Shown: in pieces, positions 26,250 to 38,220 of the stretch
Layout: every line of letters begins with the position of its first letter
Numbering within the stretch: position 1 is the first letter of the stretch
NCBI GenBank assembly: GCA_030324005.1
Contig: JARDVH010000084.1
Span: 91,434,129 to 91,498,128, forward strand
Source: Negaprion brevirostris
Lineage: Eukaryota
Reading direction: 5' to 3'
Length of the DNA stretch: 64,000 nt
Translations under genes and position numbers: made by a program
Notes under the pieces: generated by a model
What the model was told of the DNA's origin: nothing
Database searches by the model: none
Seen by the model: only the letters and a program-made list of their open reading frames with translations

Positions 26250-27096
26250 GGAGTCTTACCATTTTACCATTTTGATTCTAAGTGCTGAATCTGGGCGCAC
26301 TTCAGATCCGACTTCGAAAACCGCCGTCAGCGCCCCCATACGCACTGAGCCTGAAAAAATTCGGAGGTCTGAGTTGCACTGAGGGCGGGGCTTACCGCTC
26401 CCGGAAGGCTGCAGCTTCGATCGGAGCTTTGAACTGCACGGGGACTGTGGAACAAAATTGAAAAACGTGCCCCTGTCACGTCACTCCCAGGGCGCAAAAA
26501 ATCGAGAACGCGGTCTGGGACCAAAAAACGAGAGCGATGGCTCTCGCACCCCCACAACCTAAGTATGCCACTTATCCATCCATCCCCCCGATACCCAGAC
26601 CAATCGCGACTTTCTGCCCCCTCATTCCCCCCACCATTGTCCGCAGAGTGGCATTGGACCTNNNNNNNNNNNNNNNNNNNNNNNNNNNNNNNNNNNNNNN
26701 NNNNNNNNNNNNNNNNNNNNNNNNNNNNNNNNNNNNNNNNNNNNNNNNNNNNNNNNNNNNNCTGAGTCAGTGAGCTGTTGGAAGGTCTGAACTTACCTCT
26801 TTAGAAGCTCGAGCGGACTAATCAGCCCTTTGCCGAGCATGCCTGCTTCGCGCCGAATCTGGATGGGCGAACGCGATTGTAAAGGGGGAAATGTTGGTAA
26901 AGTTGAGCCGGTAGCCCATTAATTCAATTTAAATGCATGCATTTCCTGCGCTGCTCCTAGCGCGGGCATTTTCGGGCCTTGGTAAAGTGGGCATTTGCGC
27001 GGATGTGGCCATGGATCGCGCTGATCGCCTTCACGCTTGACTTTACCAAATTTTCGTGCCGGAAAACGGGAGTGACCTAATGGTACGATCCTGCCC
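26250..27096. mobile_element. Non-autonomous DNA transposon (PIF/Harbinger-like), inserted in an L2-like relic
   Basis: GC/CpG-rich body; right end tggtacgatcctgccc followed by taa; decayed left end ggagtcttacca. Confidence 0.45.
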
Positions 27097-28294
27097 TAAA
27101 AATAGTGTTTCAGCAGCAGTTGAACTGAGGAAAAGGCGGAGTCAGGCGTTGTCATGGAAGTGAAACTAAACAATATTCATGATGGCTTGGATCCTCGGTT
27201 CAAGCTGATCTTTAGGTCGAATGCATCATCACATTTCTGAAATGTCTGTCTCAGAATGACGATTGGAGGCAGGATGATGAAGCTACTCTAGGGAATTATC
27301 TGGTTAAAAGAAACAAATGAGATAGGAGATAGGCATCTAAGAAGCATTGGAGGAGGATGACGCAGTAATCAAATAAATCACCACTTCAAATTTCTCTCAT
27401 CATCGATATTGAATTGAATCTTTAATCTCGAGACGAAATTCCTGAAATATCAATGAAATACTCAAGTGAAAAAAAGTTTTCTGTTCTTAAAGAAAACTCT
27501 AAATCTGCATTTATTTACCTACTCGGCAAGAACAGGTATTGTTCATATACTCATTTGGGGGCCATTTCGAATATGTGGAATTATTTCACTTGACATTGAT
27601 GTTACATTGAGTCATTTTTGTATACAACATGAAAGAAATACTCAAACAATGTGTTATACTTTGGACAGATTTGTTAATTTGGAATTCTGGCTAATTTCAC
27701 CAGTTCAATATTTCTCCTTGAATTAACAACCTTCTCCTGAAGGTTGTTAACGATGACACATGATTAACCTACCAACTTGTTAAAGCACAGATAGAAAATG
27801 TTTTGTTGAAGGATGGGGATTGGAAAGTCAGTAACAATGTAAGATAATAGAATAATCCTTCCATTCACAAAGAAAGGGGGTCAACAACTCTCATTAAATC
27901 ATCGAGGTGAAATTTCATATTGGTTTGGAGGTAAATGTAAATGGCCCCATCGTAAATTTAATGCTGAAGAGCTCATATAATTGGGCATTGATCATGCCTA
28001 TAAAGATCTACAAGTGAGATTCAGACTGTTTCGTGCCTCTGCGCATATTGCTTTTCACTCCACCACACTACTGATCACGAAAACTCTTAAGTCCTTTCTC
28101 TCTGCTTTTTGAATCAAATGGTTGCCCATTTATGCTGATTTATATCTGTATGAGCGCGCATGTGCTCGAACATGTATCTCATCCAGTTAACAAAAATCTC
28201 AGCCGTTTCAACACTTGCATTGTGGAAAACACCATGTCGCAGAGAAAGGATGACAAGATATCTGAAGAAAGGATGCGCCTTTACGCCCTCTTAC

Positions 28295-28321
28295 CCTTCG
28301 CTTTTTCTCTGAGTTGTATTT
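28295..28321 (-). CDS. 27-nt microexon EIQLREKAK
   Basis: ttttaattactgatcgcag|AAATACAACTCAGAGAAAAAGCGAAGG|gtaaga; ExxLxEK class. Confidence 0.78.
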
Positions 28322-29139
28322 CTGCGATCAGTAATTAAAACAGCAAAATATTACCTCAGAATATATGTTTCAGACAAACTTAGAACCCTATAAATAGTCA
28401 GCCAGCCAGAACATATGCAATTATATTTAAAAAAGTCCTGGCTGTACGTTTCAGGTCAATGAGTTGCAATCACAGCCACCAGTTGGTGCCTGCGTATAAC
28501 CAATAGTGTCTGTTATAAGTTGAGTTATTTTGCAACTGCAATCTTTTACTTACATATTCACAACTGTAAATGTCAGTATATAAAGGCTCATAAAACCGAC
28601 CAAAGTCGTAAAGTTGATTTAATTTCTTTGTTGTGTAAGATCGGTGATCCACGTGAAATTGCAGCTCATGCTCATTCGTTATATTATTTTTAGAATGCAT
28701 CCCCTAATTGTTGATGTTGTAGCTGAAGCTACCAATAATATAGAAGAAATACTTTTCTCCTCCTTGTTGCGACTGATTTTCCCTTTGCAAAACATCCCGA
28801 AGCCCGTCGCTTATGGGAAACAATATTTGGTAACAATTCTAATGCCTCTGTTTGTTATAAAAATACTCTTTTTATTTCGGAACCATCTCCCCACAAACAG
28901 CAATAAAAAGAATAGCCATTTGCTACTGCGATCCAGTAATCTGGCTTTAGTTGATAATATTCAACTGTCAATCACTTAACGCGATAAATGCATTAAAATC
29001 AATGATTTATAATTGGCTGTGATGATGTATTAGGCCAAAAGTTTCCAAATTGGTTCCTGGAAGAAGAGCCAACAAACGTTGAGTGGTCCACAAACTGCCT
29101 TATTTGAATGCCTTCGTAGTTCTTAATGATAGTAGCGAA

Positions 29140-29645
29140 CGTAGACTCGGAAATAATTCCCTATGGCCCTAGACATTCCCACAAGGGGAAACACATCTCA
29201 GCCTCTGCCCAGTCAAGCATACAGAGAATCCAAAATGCTTCAACATGGTCGCCTCTCATTCTTCTGAACTACTGCGAGTAGAGGCACAACCACACCAACC
29301 TCTTCTCATAAGAAAATCCATCCATTCCCGAGATCAACCTGGTGAACCTTCTCTGGACTGTTTCCAATGCATCTTTCCTAAGATAAGGGGTCGCTCATTT
29401 GAAAGAAAGTTCAGGGGGATGTTTGATTTTTAGAGTTTCCTGAGCCTTTGTAACTTTCTTCCTCAAAAGACAGTGGAAGCAGAGTTCGTGAATATTTTTG
29501 AGACAGAGCTAGACAGATTATTGATTGACATGAGGGGGGGGGGGGGTAAACTGTTATCGGGAGTTAGCAGGATTAGCAAAGATTTACCCGAGTGGCAGAG
29601 GAGGCTGGAGTATCCAAGTGGCCTACCCTTGTTCTTAATTCATGT
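29140..29645. mobile_element. CR1 3' fragment with inverted 5' part
   Basis: ~29140-29390 reads CR1 on minus; ~29378-29645 continues the element on plus to the tail. Confidence 0.6.
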
Positions 29646-29783
29646 GTAAGGATAGTTGTAGATACAATATCGCCAATGTCATCGAGGGAACACATGTCAA
29701 ATTTCTTCCGTTCGACCATTGTCTGATGCAACAACTTTGCATACAAAGAAGTTTGATACGGTATTATATGTTATATGCAATAC

Positions 29784-29897
29784 TTAGCCACAAGCGTATT
29801 CCACTTTTTAATGTTAGATCTTTTTCATTGTCTGTTTTCTGATTCTTTGCAATCTTGTCATAGTGCAATTGATCGAAGTTACTTGAGTTCATTGTTG
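29784..29897 (-). CDS. Candidate 114-nt phase-1 exon ATMNSSNFDQLHYDKIAKNQKTDNEKDLTLKSGIRLWL
   Basis: Good pyrimidine tract ...ttcggtag and open frame, but weak donor AA|gtattg and not part of the repeated module. Confidence 0.3.
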
Positions 29898-30346
29898 CTA
29901 CCGAATAATTCAGGGAAAAAGAAACAAAGCTCCCAGTTCTGGTTTACTGGATGGTATTCAGCAACTATAAATCGGTTGCCCTCCAATATGAATCACAGTG
30001 TTATAATTTTGTATATAAAGGATACTTGGCTCATTAAGGCCAGGTGCATTTTTTTCAAAATCGACTGCCTGTTTTAATACTTGGGCTAATTGATTTAAAT
30101 GAATTGCAGATAGCCTTAACCAAGGCATTATACATTGGTCATTATAGCCATGCGTGCCACCATTGTGTAACAGTAACCAGGTAACGTAATGGCAGAACAC
30201 ATATTGAACCATGGAGCAGTCAAAAACAGTGAATGGATTCTGGCCAATTCAGAGACACTTATTTTCCAATATTTGACGGCAGAAAACATTCCAAAAATGT
30301 TGATTACATGCTTATAAATGAAATACGAGGAATCCATCACTCCTAC

Positions 30347-30373
30347 CCAAATTCTCTATTGTTCTCTTTTGTT
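30347..30373 (-). CDS. 27-nt microexon EQKRTIENL
   Basis: tatctctttctttag|AACAAAAGAGAACAATAGAGAATTTGG|gtagga; counterpart of 6040-6066. Confidence 0.78.
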
Positions 30374-30800
30374 CTAAAGAAAGAGATAATTATTCAACAG
30401 AACTACCGATTGCTTACATTAACAGTAGAAATATTCTCCTCAACCCATTCTCCAATCGTGCTGAAAACATGTTTACTTCGGAAAGGATACTCGGAACAGA
30501 GTACTTCCTACTCTTTACAGAAGCCTCTATATTACCTTTCTATATTACAGGTTGGTCCTGTAGTGAACTAACTGCTTCAGGTTGAAGAAAAAGAACACAG
30601 GGTTGGTTCAAGGTAAAATAACTAAGCTTGCTTAAAATTTCAGAGCGCACTGAAGTCACACTTGGTTTTAAAAAGAAACATTTTTATATTTGTCAATGTC
30701 CGCAACACATCTCTTTGTGGAAAGGTATGCACATCCTTTAATCAGTAATACAGCCTTTGCCTTGCCATCTTGGTGAGCTATCTCTGTTAATGGTTCTACT

Positions 30801-31040
30801 CAGTGAGAAGTCTGACAACACCAGGTTTCAGTCCAACCAATTTATTTGATAGTAAACTCANNNNNNNNNNNNNNNNNNNNNNNNNNNNNNNNNNNNNNNN
30901 NNNNNNNNNNNNNNNNNNNNNNNNNNNNNNNNNNNNNNNNNNNNNNNTTGTGAGTTTACTATCAAATAAACTGGTTGGACTGAAACCTGGTGTTGTCAGA
31001 CTTCTTACTGTGTTTACCCCAGTCCAACGCAGGCATCTCC
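30801..31040. mobile_element. Penelope-like inverted terminal repeats around a gap
   Basis: gaagtctgacaacaccaggtttcagtccaacc...gatagtaaactca NNN tgagtttactatc...ggttggactgaaacctggtgttgtcagacttc. Confidence 0.7.
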
Positions 31041-31954
31041 ATATAATGGTTCTACTGCCACATATTAGTGGAGCCATAATACATGTAACCGTGGATTGGT
31101 CACGATTTTGTTTTAATGCTGCAGTAAGTGTGACTGTTTTATTATGTTACTGTCTGAAAAACTAGATCAGCTGATTCTTCCAATGTTTGCTGTCAATTTA
31201 TACCTAACATTGTGGTTTCTGAAGCTCGTTCCACAAGCAATGGTTTCTCTGAATTACTGTTGTGATCCGCTCAAAATTAATTCTTCAAAGACTTCTAAAA
31301 TCGTTTTCTTATTTCTTTGCAAGCAATATTTTTATCCCGCGTGTCATCATTGTTTTGGAAATGCAACATGCTGGGTTTACTATAATTCTGAAAGTCGACT
31401 TCAAAATATTTAGCAACATATCGTAGAGCAGTTGCTTTATAATAGGGTCCTCATCATCGTTTGCTTTGACTCATGAGTTACGTTTCCCTGCAATTTGTAT
31501 GAAGATTAGTTAGAGGGATAGTCAATACTGACTATGACTGCTACAACAATAGAAGGATGACAAAAAATTGCAAAGAGTTAGACAATTTAGTTATATAGAT
31601 ATATCGAGGATAGTGCATTTTTGTAATGAGAATAGACAGGTCAGTTGTCATTGTCAATGCATAAGTCTACACTTGTTAATGGAATCAAAGGATTTTGGTG
31701 CTCAAATATCACAATCATTAACATGACTTTGTTAGAAAGGTTATCAAGGAAGCAGTCAGGCACATGGACCTATTTCCAGGGGACCAATTTGAACATGAGG
31801 GAGGTTATGATCAATCAGCATCGAATTTGGGTTAGATGGTACTTTGAGTATGCGTTCTTCCTGACCGATTTTTGAACAAGGCTGTAGGAGAATAGAAAAG
31901 GTGCAGCGAAGTTTGTGACGATGATACTGAGAATGAGTGGGGTGCATGTTAAAG

Positions 31955-32300
31955 CAGGATGGGTGGCACGATGGTACCGTGTTTAACGCCGCTGCCTCAT
32001 AGATCCAGGGACTTGGTTTCTATTTCCAGCTACGGAACTCTGTGCAGAGTTTTCGCGTTCTCTGTGTCTTCATGGGTTTCCTCTAGGTGCGCTGTTTTCC
32101 ACCCAAAGTCTAAAGATGTGCGGGTTTGGTGCATTGACCATNNNNNNNNNNNNNNNNNNNNNNNNNNNNNNNNNNNNNNNNNNNNNNNNNNNNNNNNNNN
32201 NNNNNNNNNNNNNNNNNNNNNNNNNNNNNNNNNNNNNNNNNNNNNNNNNNNNNNNNNNNNNNNNNNNNNNNNNNNNNNNNNNNNNNNNNNNNNNNNNNNN
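31955..32300 (+). mobile_element. V-SINE
   Basis: Head gggtggcacgatggtac plus V-domain; runs into gap. Confidence 0.65.
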
Positions 32301-32984
32301 NTTCTCCTTTTCTTAAGAGAGGATGAAAAATGTAAAAATATTCCTATCTAAAATTATGAATATTGCTGACAGATTGGACACTGGCAGGTTCGTTCCTTTT
32401 GCAGGGACTAGCATAACTACAGCATATCAATAAAATGTGGCCGCCTTTAAATCACCAGCGTAATTGCCACTTACTGACTCAAGATTGGATGTTGTCCAGG
32501 TCCTGACACATTTGTACATGGACCATTTCAGTATTTGAGAAGTTGTCCATAAGCAACGTATTTACACAAAGGGAAGCGGGAAAGTGGATCTCCGTTCGAA
32601 AATCCACGATTGAAGTGAATATCTTTCAAGAAGAAACCTGGCATACATTTGGGCACACACATATTTAGACTTCCAAAGGTATATTTAGATAACAACAAAA
32701 AGTAATTTGCATGAAACTTAGTGATAAAACTTTGCCTGTCCACGTTCCATGAATCAGTGAAAAAACACATTATTAGCCCTGCCCTCAAGGCTAATATTAC
32801 AAAACGATTCTGCTAAGTATTCCTTTTGCACCAGGGAATCTCGAAAATGTGGACTGCACTGTGGACACAAAAAATGTTCTATATGGCTTTCCTACATCAT
32901 CGATTTCCCGAACGTTAGTAACAAATGGGCTTTCAGAATACCTTTGAAAGCAATTAGCTTGATTTGTTTTTAATGGAGTTATGA

Positions 32985-33320
32985 TCATAGAATCGCAACA
33001 GGGCAGAAGAGGTCATTCGGCCAATCGAGGCTGGGCCGACAATTTGGAGTGTGTCACAGAGGCCCGATCCCCCGCCCAATCATTACAGCATGATACATTT
33101 CCCATGGCTAATCCACCTAAGCTACATATCCTGATGCAATCAGGGGCTATTTGGCACTGCCAACCCACAGAACCTGCACATCATTGGACTACAGGAAGGA
33201 ACTGGAGCGCCGAGAGGAAACCCAGATAGGCATCGGAGAATGTCCACACAACCAACCAATGCTGGAATTGAGACCTGTGGAGCTGTTAGGCAGCAATGCT
33301 ATCCACTGTGCCACCGTGAA
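32985..33320 (-). mobile_element. V-SINE with CR1-type tail
   Basis: atcatagaatc...cattcggccaatcgag ... ccactgtgccaccgtg. Confidence 0.7.
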
Positions 33321-33680
33321 CGACAGTCGTACAACAGAGCATTAGAATTAAGAAGACATATCAGACGATGTTGTGTTGCAAATTATTGACTAATTATCGT
33401 AAAATGAACCCTTCTAATGTGGCTGAAAACGACCATCTATTTAATAAATTCAGTTGCAGTGTGTTTAAAGCAACTATTTGATTCATACGTACTGGCTGAT
33501 TTTTCTTAAATTGTTTGCGGACAGCAGAATTTGCAATTTTAATGCTTTAATTGCATACGAGTGCACGGCTGGCGAGAGCTAAACCTTTGTGTGCTGTTCT
33601 TGAAATAATGAATTATCTTGAATCTATTTACTTCTACCAAAATATACCACTGATTTTTTGCATGTTGCCATGAAAATTAC

Positions 33681-33704
33681 CTTTATTTTCTTTGAACGTT
33701 GTCA
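33681..33704 (-). CDS. 24-nt microexon VTTFKENK
   Basis: ttctgctccattag|TGACAACGTTCAAAGAAAATAAAG|gtaatt. Confidence 0.72.
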
Positions 33705-33919
33705 CTAATGGAGCAGAATATATTCTCAATTAACGGACAACGTATGCCAACTTCAGGCGGACTTTACAAATTAGCACAAGCTGGACTGCAGATTCACCCA
33801 TCATTTTATTTTTCTCAATATTTTATTATCCCAGTAATGACTCTGGTAGAAAATTCATACCGACTGCATCATTTCTTCAGTCATGCCTTAATGCACATTA
33901 TTTCACCGTTATTAACGTT

Positions 33920-34215
33920 CATTTATTAGTGTCACACATAGACTTACTAGTGTCATACGTAGACTTAGCCGTGTAAAATTACTGTGAAAGTCCCCAGTCG
34001 CCACACTTGTTCGCGGTACGCTGAGAGGGAATTTAGCATGGCCAATGCACCTAATCAGCAAATCTTTCGGACTGTGTGAGGGAACCCGAGCACCCGGAGT
34101 AATCCCATGCAGACACGGGGAGACCGTACAGACTCAGCACAGACAAGCTGGAAATCGAATTCAAGTCTCTGGTGTTGTGATGCAGCAGTGCTTACCACTG
34201 TGCCACCATGTCGCA
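33920..34215 (-). mobile_element. V-SINE variant with non-CR1 tail
   Basis: tttattagtgtcac...ttactgtgaaagtccccagtcgccacac...ccactgtgccaccatg. Confidence 0.7.
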
Positions 34216-34437
34216 TTTATTTTACAGTGGCAGTTAGCTGAAGATAAGCACGTTTAAGTTTGTACTTTTGAATTTAATTCTGAGTTTCCAAAAAATCCAA
34301 CTGCATGAACGCATTCCTCTTTTTATCCCTCCCATTTGTGGTGATTTGAAGCACACTTTGTGACCAATCACCCTCTGAACACAAATCGCATTTGAACAAA
34401 TTTTTGACTTACTTAACCCGACAACCATTTCACTCAC

Positions 34438-34470
34438 CAAGTACCTCGCTCACGAGTGTGCCCAGGATCT
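34438..34470 (-). CDS. Candidate 33-nt microexon EILGTLVSEVL
   Basis: Strong donor TG|gtgagt, weak acceptor ggttcattcag; open in phase 1; absent from the second module copy. Confidence 0.35.
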
Positions 34471-34797
34471 CTGAATGAACCGCTGGTCCTCATGGACCCT
34501 CCAGTGTATGATGTTTGTCCTGTTGTTTTGAAGTTCCAAATCAAATATGTTGTAGGGAATAGAGGTTTGTTTTACATACTGTACCTGCCGATTGTAACTA
34601 ATCGTCCGCTATGGAGATTTACAGAGCATCTGATATTGAATTAAATTGATAGCAATATAACTGAACACTGGGCGGTGGGACTATTCACTTTCACGATGTA
34701 GTTAAACTCGTCTCAATGGAGAATGCAGTTTTCTTGTGTGAAAACATATTACCAATATCAACAATTATATGTGCTGTAAATCACTTCTATACTTAAC

Positions 34798-34824
34798 CGA
34801 GTTGCAGGCGAAGTACATCAGCTC
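34798..34824 (-). CDS. 27-nt microexon GADVLRLQL
   Basis: tctgttctatttcag|GAGCTGATGTACTTCGCCTGCAACTCG|gttaag. Confidence 0.72.
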
Positions 34825-35297
34825 CTGAAATAGAACAGATTAATTGACATAAAATCATCATTGTCTCAGATGGCCTTTGTCAGTAACTGGTGTTGATTTA
34901 ACCGGAGAGTTACCACACCTCAGGCGAGGGACAAGCATGAAAAGACGGGCCGTCATGAATAATTGCAACCAGTATGAGAATGTTGGCGCCGCTCTGCAAA
35001 ACTGACCAGTTCTCTCGTCGAGAACCAGACTGACCAGACCTAAACCGAGCAGAGTAGGACGCAAAGCGACTGAAATAATGTGACAATTTTTCGCTGAAAC
35101 ATTACCAGAAGTGTTTTTGCAGCAATCATGTTAGCTTAAATATTCGCATACAATACTTCAGTTTTACCATATGGGATGTTTCTCATTGTTGCATTAAAAA
35201 AATGCAAATTAATTAACTTCAAAAGCAACTAGTTGGATGAAAACGGTAAATAAACGGTGATAAGTGACTTGCTTCCTGATAGATGTAACTTTCTTAC

Positions 35298-35315
35298 CAT
35301 ACGAAGATTGCTTCA
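35298..35315 (-). CDS. 18-nt microexon (V/L)KQSSY
   Basis: ctcctttttggttttcag|TGAAGCAATCTTCGTATG|gtaaga; strong sites. Confidence 0.6.
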
Positions 35316-37099
35316 CTGAAAACCAAAAAGGAGAAAATTCGATCAATAAAGTCGTGCCCTAACAAAATTCAGCACCAAGGGCTACCTTTCAAAATACTTC
35401 CTGCAAGTCGATGAAAGTATCGCAATTCGCCGTCCCACAATGAAACAGTAGGTCGAGCTTTGAAAAAAAATTGTTACGAGCGGTAGAAGTTATTTTTCCC
35501 CTTGCAACGACCCTTTTGACGAACGTCGATTGATTCCGAGTGCGAATCAGGTTTCCAGCAAGGTGCTTGCATAAGAGGTGTACCAATCGAATTTTCATGA
35601 TTTGCATTCCGAAGGCACCGAATTCATGTTGCTCGAAATAATGTTTCACCCCAATTATCGCAATCGTCCCTTCTGAGGACTATTTTGAGGATTCGTATCA
35701 CACTAATTTGGGAAACACTGTGAGATCCGCTCATTTCTAAGCATTTAACGTCAAGCGTTTATCCTGAAGAGTAAGGAACGATCGACCAGGCATATTAATG
35801 TTGAAGACCTGCCTTACGTTGTTTCTCCGATTCTAATTTTTTGATCAGATTATATTTACTAAGCATAATTTGCACTTTAAATATATGATTATTATGAGTA
35901 TTTTAAACTGTAACCACGTTAGGTATTTGATGAATGTTATATAGTTGAGCAGCGAATTACTGGGGTGGTCTTCGGAGCATGTGATAGACCAAAGACCGTT
36001 CTCACAGGACTCCCCTCACTCGTCTGGCAAACCTTTGATATATATATGAAACAATTTCGAAATCCCCTACGCTGTGAGTCGCTTTGTTCCCCATTCAAGC
36101 AATTGTTAAATAAAGAATTAAAAGTTATTACAGAATTTCCGTTCCTCATTTCATGCGCTGATGAAGGTTCAGCTGGATTCGAACATTAGCTCTATTCGTT
36201 GTCCACAGCTGTTGTCGTACCTGATGCCAGCATCCGCAGTATTTTTCTTCGACCTTTGGAATTTTCATTACCTTGCTTGTTGCAGAACTGATTTTTTACG
36301 GAAGAGGCCTCCTGACGCATCTTTTCGTCTTGGAATCACCAGAATAGTTACCGGATTGCCAAATTTCGATGGCACAACAATTCTGCATGAAAAATTATGT
36401 TTCATAACTTGGCACTGCTTGATCAAAGCGTTACCTGGGGGAAAGCATCAGGGAGATGTGTACCTATTAATGCGTCTGGATCAAAATGGGCTCAAGTCCT
36501 GCTGAGATCAGTTCCCTGCATAGGATGACATTTAGTTTCTAGCATTTATAAATGTGACTCAGAACAAGCTCAATTGTGTATCGTGAATTGAACATTAGTG
36601 CAATTTTTAGCACAGTCGTGATCGTTGATTAAGCAGTGCCAAAACGGCGATTCATAGTCAATATATGGTTTGATTTTGCAAGTGCTGCCTTGTTGATTAT
36701 GGTCAGTTTTCAGCCTATTGCGAACAACCAAAGGGAGATGCTGTTTGAGATTATCGATCTGTGGTTGGGCCAAGTAAGCCAACTGCCTGGCATCGCGCCA
36801 GCACTGAGGTTCACATACCACATTATTACATTTTCATACACCAATCTATTTGAAAATGTATTTTATGTCTCAACAGCACATTTGCAATTGTTTTCCATCA
36901 TCTCATCCTGGCGTTGAACTTAAATGTGCTTCGCCTAGAAAGGAAAGGTAGTTAACGCCGTGGCATAGTTCAAGAGTTTGCCTAGTAAACAGAAGATTCT
37001 AAGTTCAAATCTCAGCGGTGCGTCGGTAAATTTGGCCGATGTATGAACTTTAAGTCACGACCACCTAAAAAGAGTTGGCAAAAATGTAATCTTAAGACA

Positions 37100-37400
37100 G
37101 CATGTGGCACTGTGGTTAGCGCTGCTGCTGCTTCTGAGCGCCACGGACCCGTGTTTGATTCCCGACTTAGGTCATTATCTGTGTGGCGTGTGCACGTTCT
37201 CCCCATGTCTTCGTGGTTTTCCTTTGGGTGCTGCGGTTTCCTCCCAAAATTCGACAGTTGGGCTGGTTAGATGGAATGGCCATGCAAAATTCTCCCTCAG
37301 TACCCGAACAGGCGCCGATGTGAGGCGACTAGGGGATTTTAACAGTAACTTCATTGGAATGTTAATGGAAGTCTACTTGTGACATCACTGAATAAACTGA
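37100..37400 (+). mobile_element. V-SINE variant with non-CR1 tail
   Basis: V-domain then cccgaacaggcgccg...ggcgactaggggatttt...ctacttgtgac...aataaa. Confidence 0.75.
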
Positions 37401-38119
37401 ATAATGTTTTACTTTTAGACTCCACCAAAACTTTTCAGTGAGTATACGTTTATATTCACCCCTTGAACATCCCTGCATAATGAAGAACTGATAATTATTT
37501 AGGTATTTCTACTTAACTGAACTCCAATATTCTGGACAATTCATAGGAAGCTTTTCTCTACCACGTTTGAGGCATTAAGAATTTTCTTAAACAAAGGTGC
37601 CGAGAATACAGGTCGACTTTCGTTGTTGGCTGGCCCAAGGATGTGAGGATGACATTTACTCGTGGTCGTCAGTTTCTGCCACTAACTTTCCTGGATTTGC
37701 AAATGCTTGGGCATATGGTACTTTGCGATAGTGGGATCCAGAATGCAACACTTCCGTCCAAGTATGGCATTCCCTGCTATTGCTGTCTAATCCGTTCAGA
37801 CATTTAGACTAAAATTATGGTTCATCATGATTTACAAGTTGTCACCTTCTTGAACAATTGGCATCAGCCTCCTCCCCAGCATTGATGTGAATACTGCTGT
37901 GATTCAAGTGGAGCTTCACGGTGATTTTGAAATATTTTCTTTCCTTTCCTTGGACTGCACGGAACTGACGACGAGTACACGTTTTCGCAATGCCGAGAAA
38001 TTGTCTAGTCGATCGCAATTAATGTTGCCGTCGTCTTGTCTGAATGTTTGTGGAGCTGGTTTCAGGATTGATAGAGTCAACAGCATTTATTCAACACTCC
38101 TCTGATTGGATCTAGATAT

Positions 38120-38220
38120 GACGTCGAGGTGCTGGCGTTAGATTGGGGTAAACACAATAAGAAGTCTCACAACACCAGGTTTAAGTCCAACCAGTTTATT
38201 TGATAGTAATCCCACAAGCT
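38120..38220 (-). mobile_element. Penelope-like terminal repeat
   Basis: ggggtaaacacaataagaagtctcacaacaccaggtttaagtccaacc...cacaagct, then gap. Confidence 0.7.

Noticed and set aside
27155-27167. Ets-IRF composite motif GGAAGTGAAACT
   Set aside because: Single motif inside an L2-like relic; expected by chance.
28234-28330. Plus-strand signal-peptide-like exon MRLYALLPFAFSLSCISAI|gtaatt
   Set aside because: Weak donor; the hydrophobic codons are the antisense of the purine-rich minus-strand exon 28295-28321.
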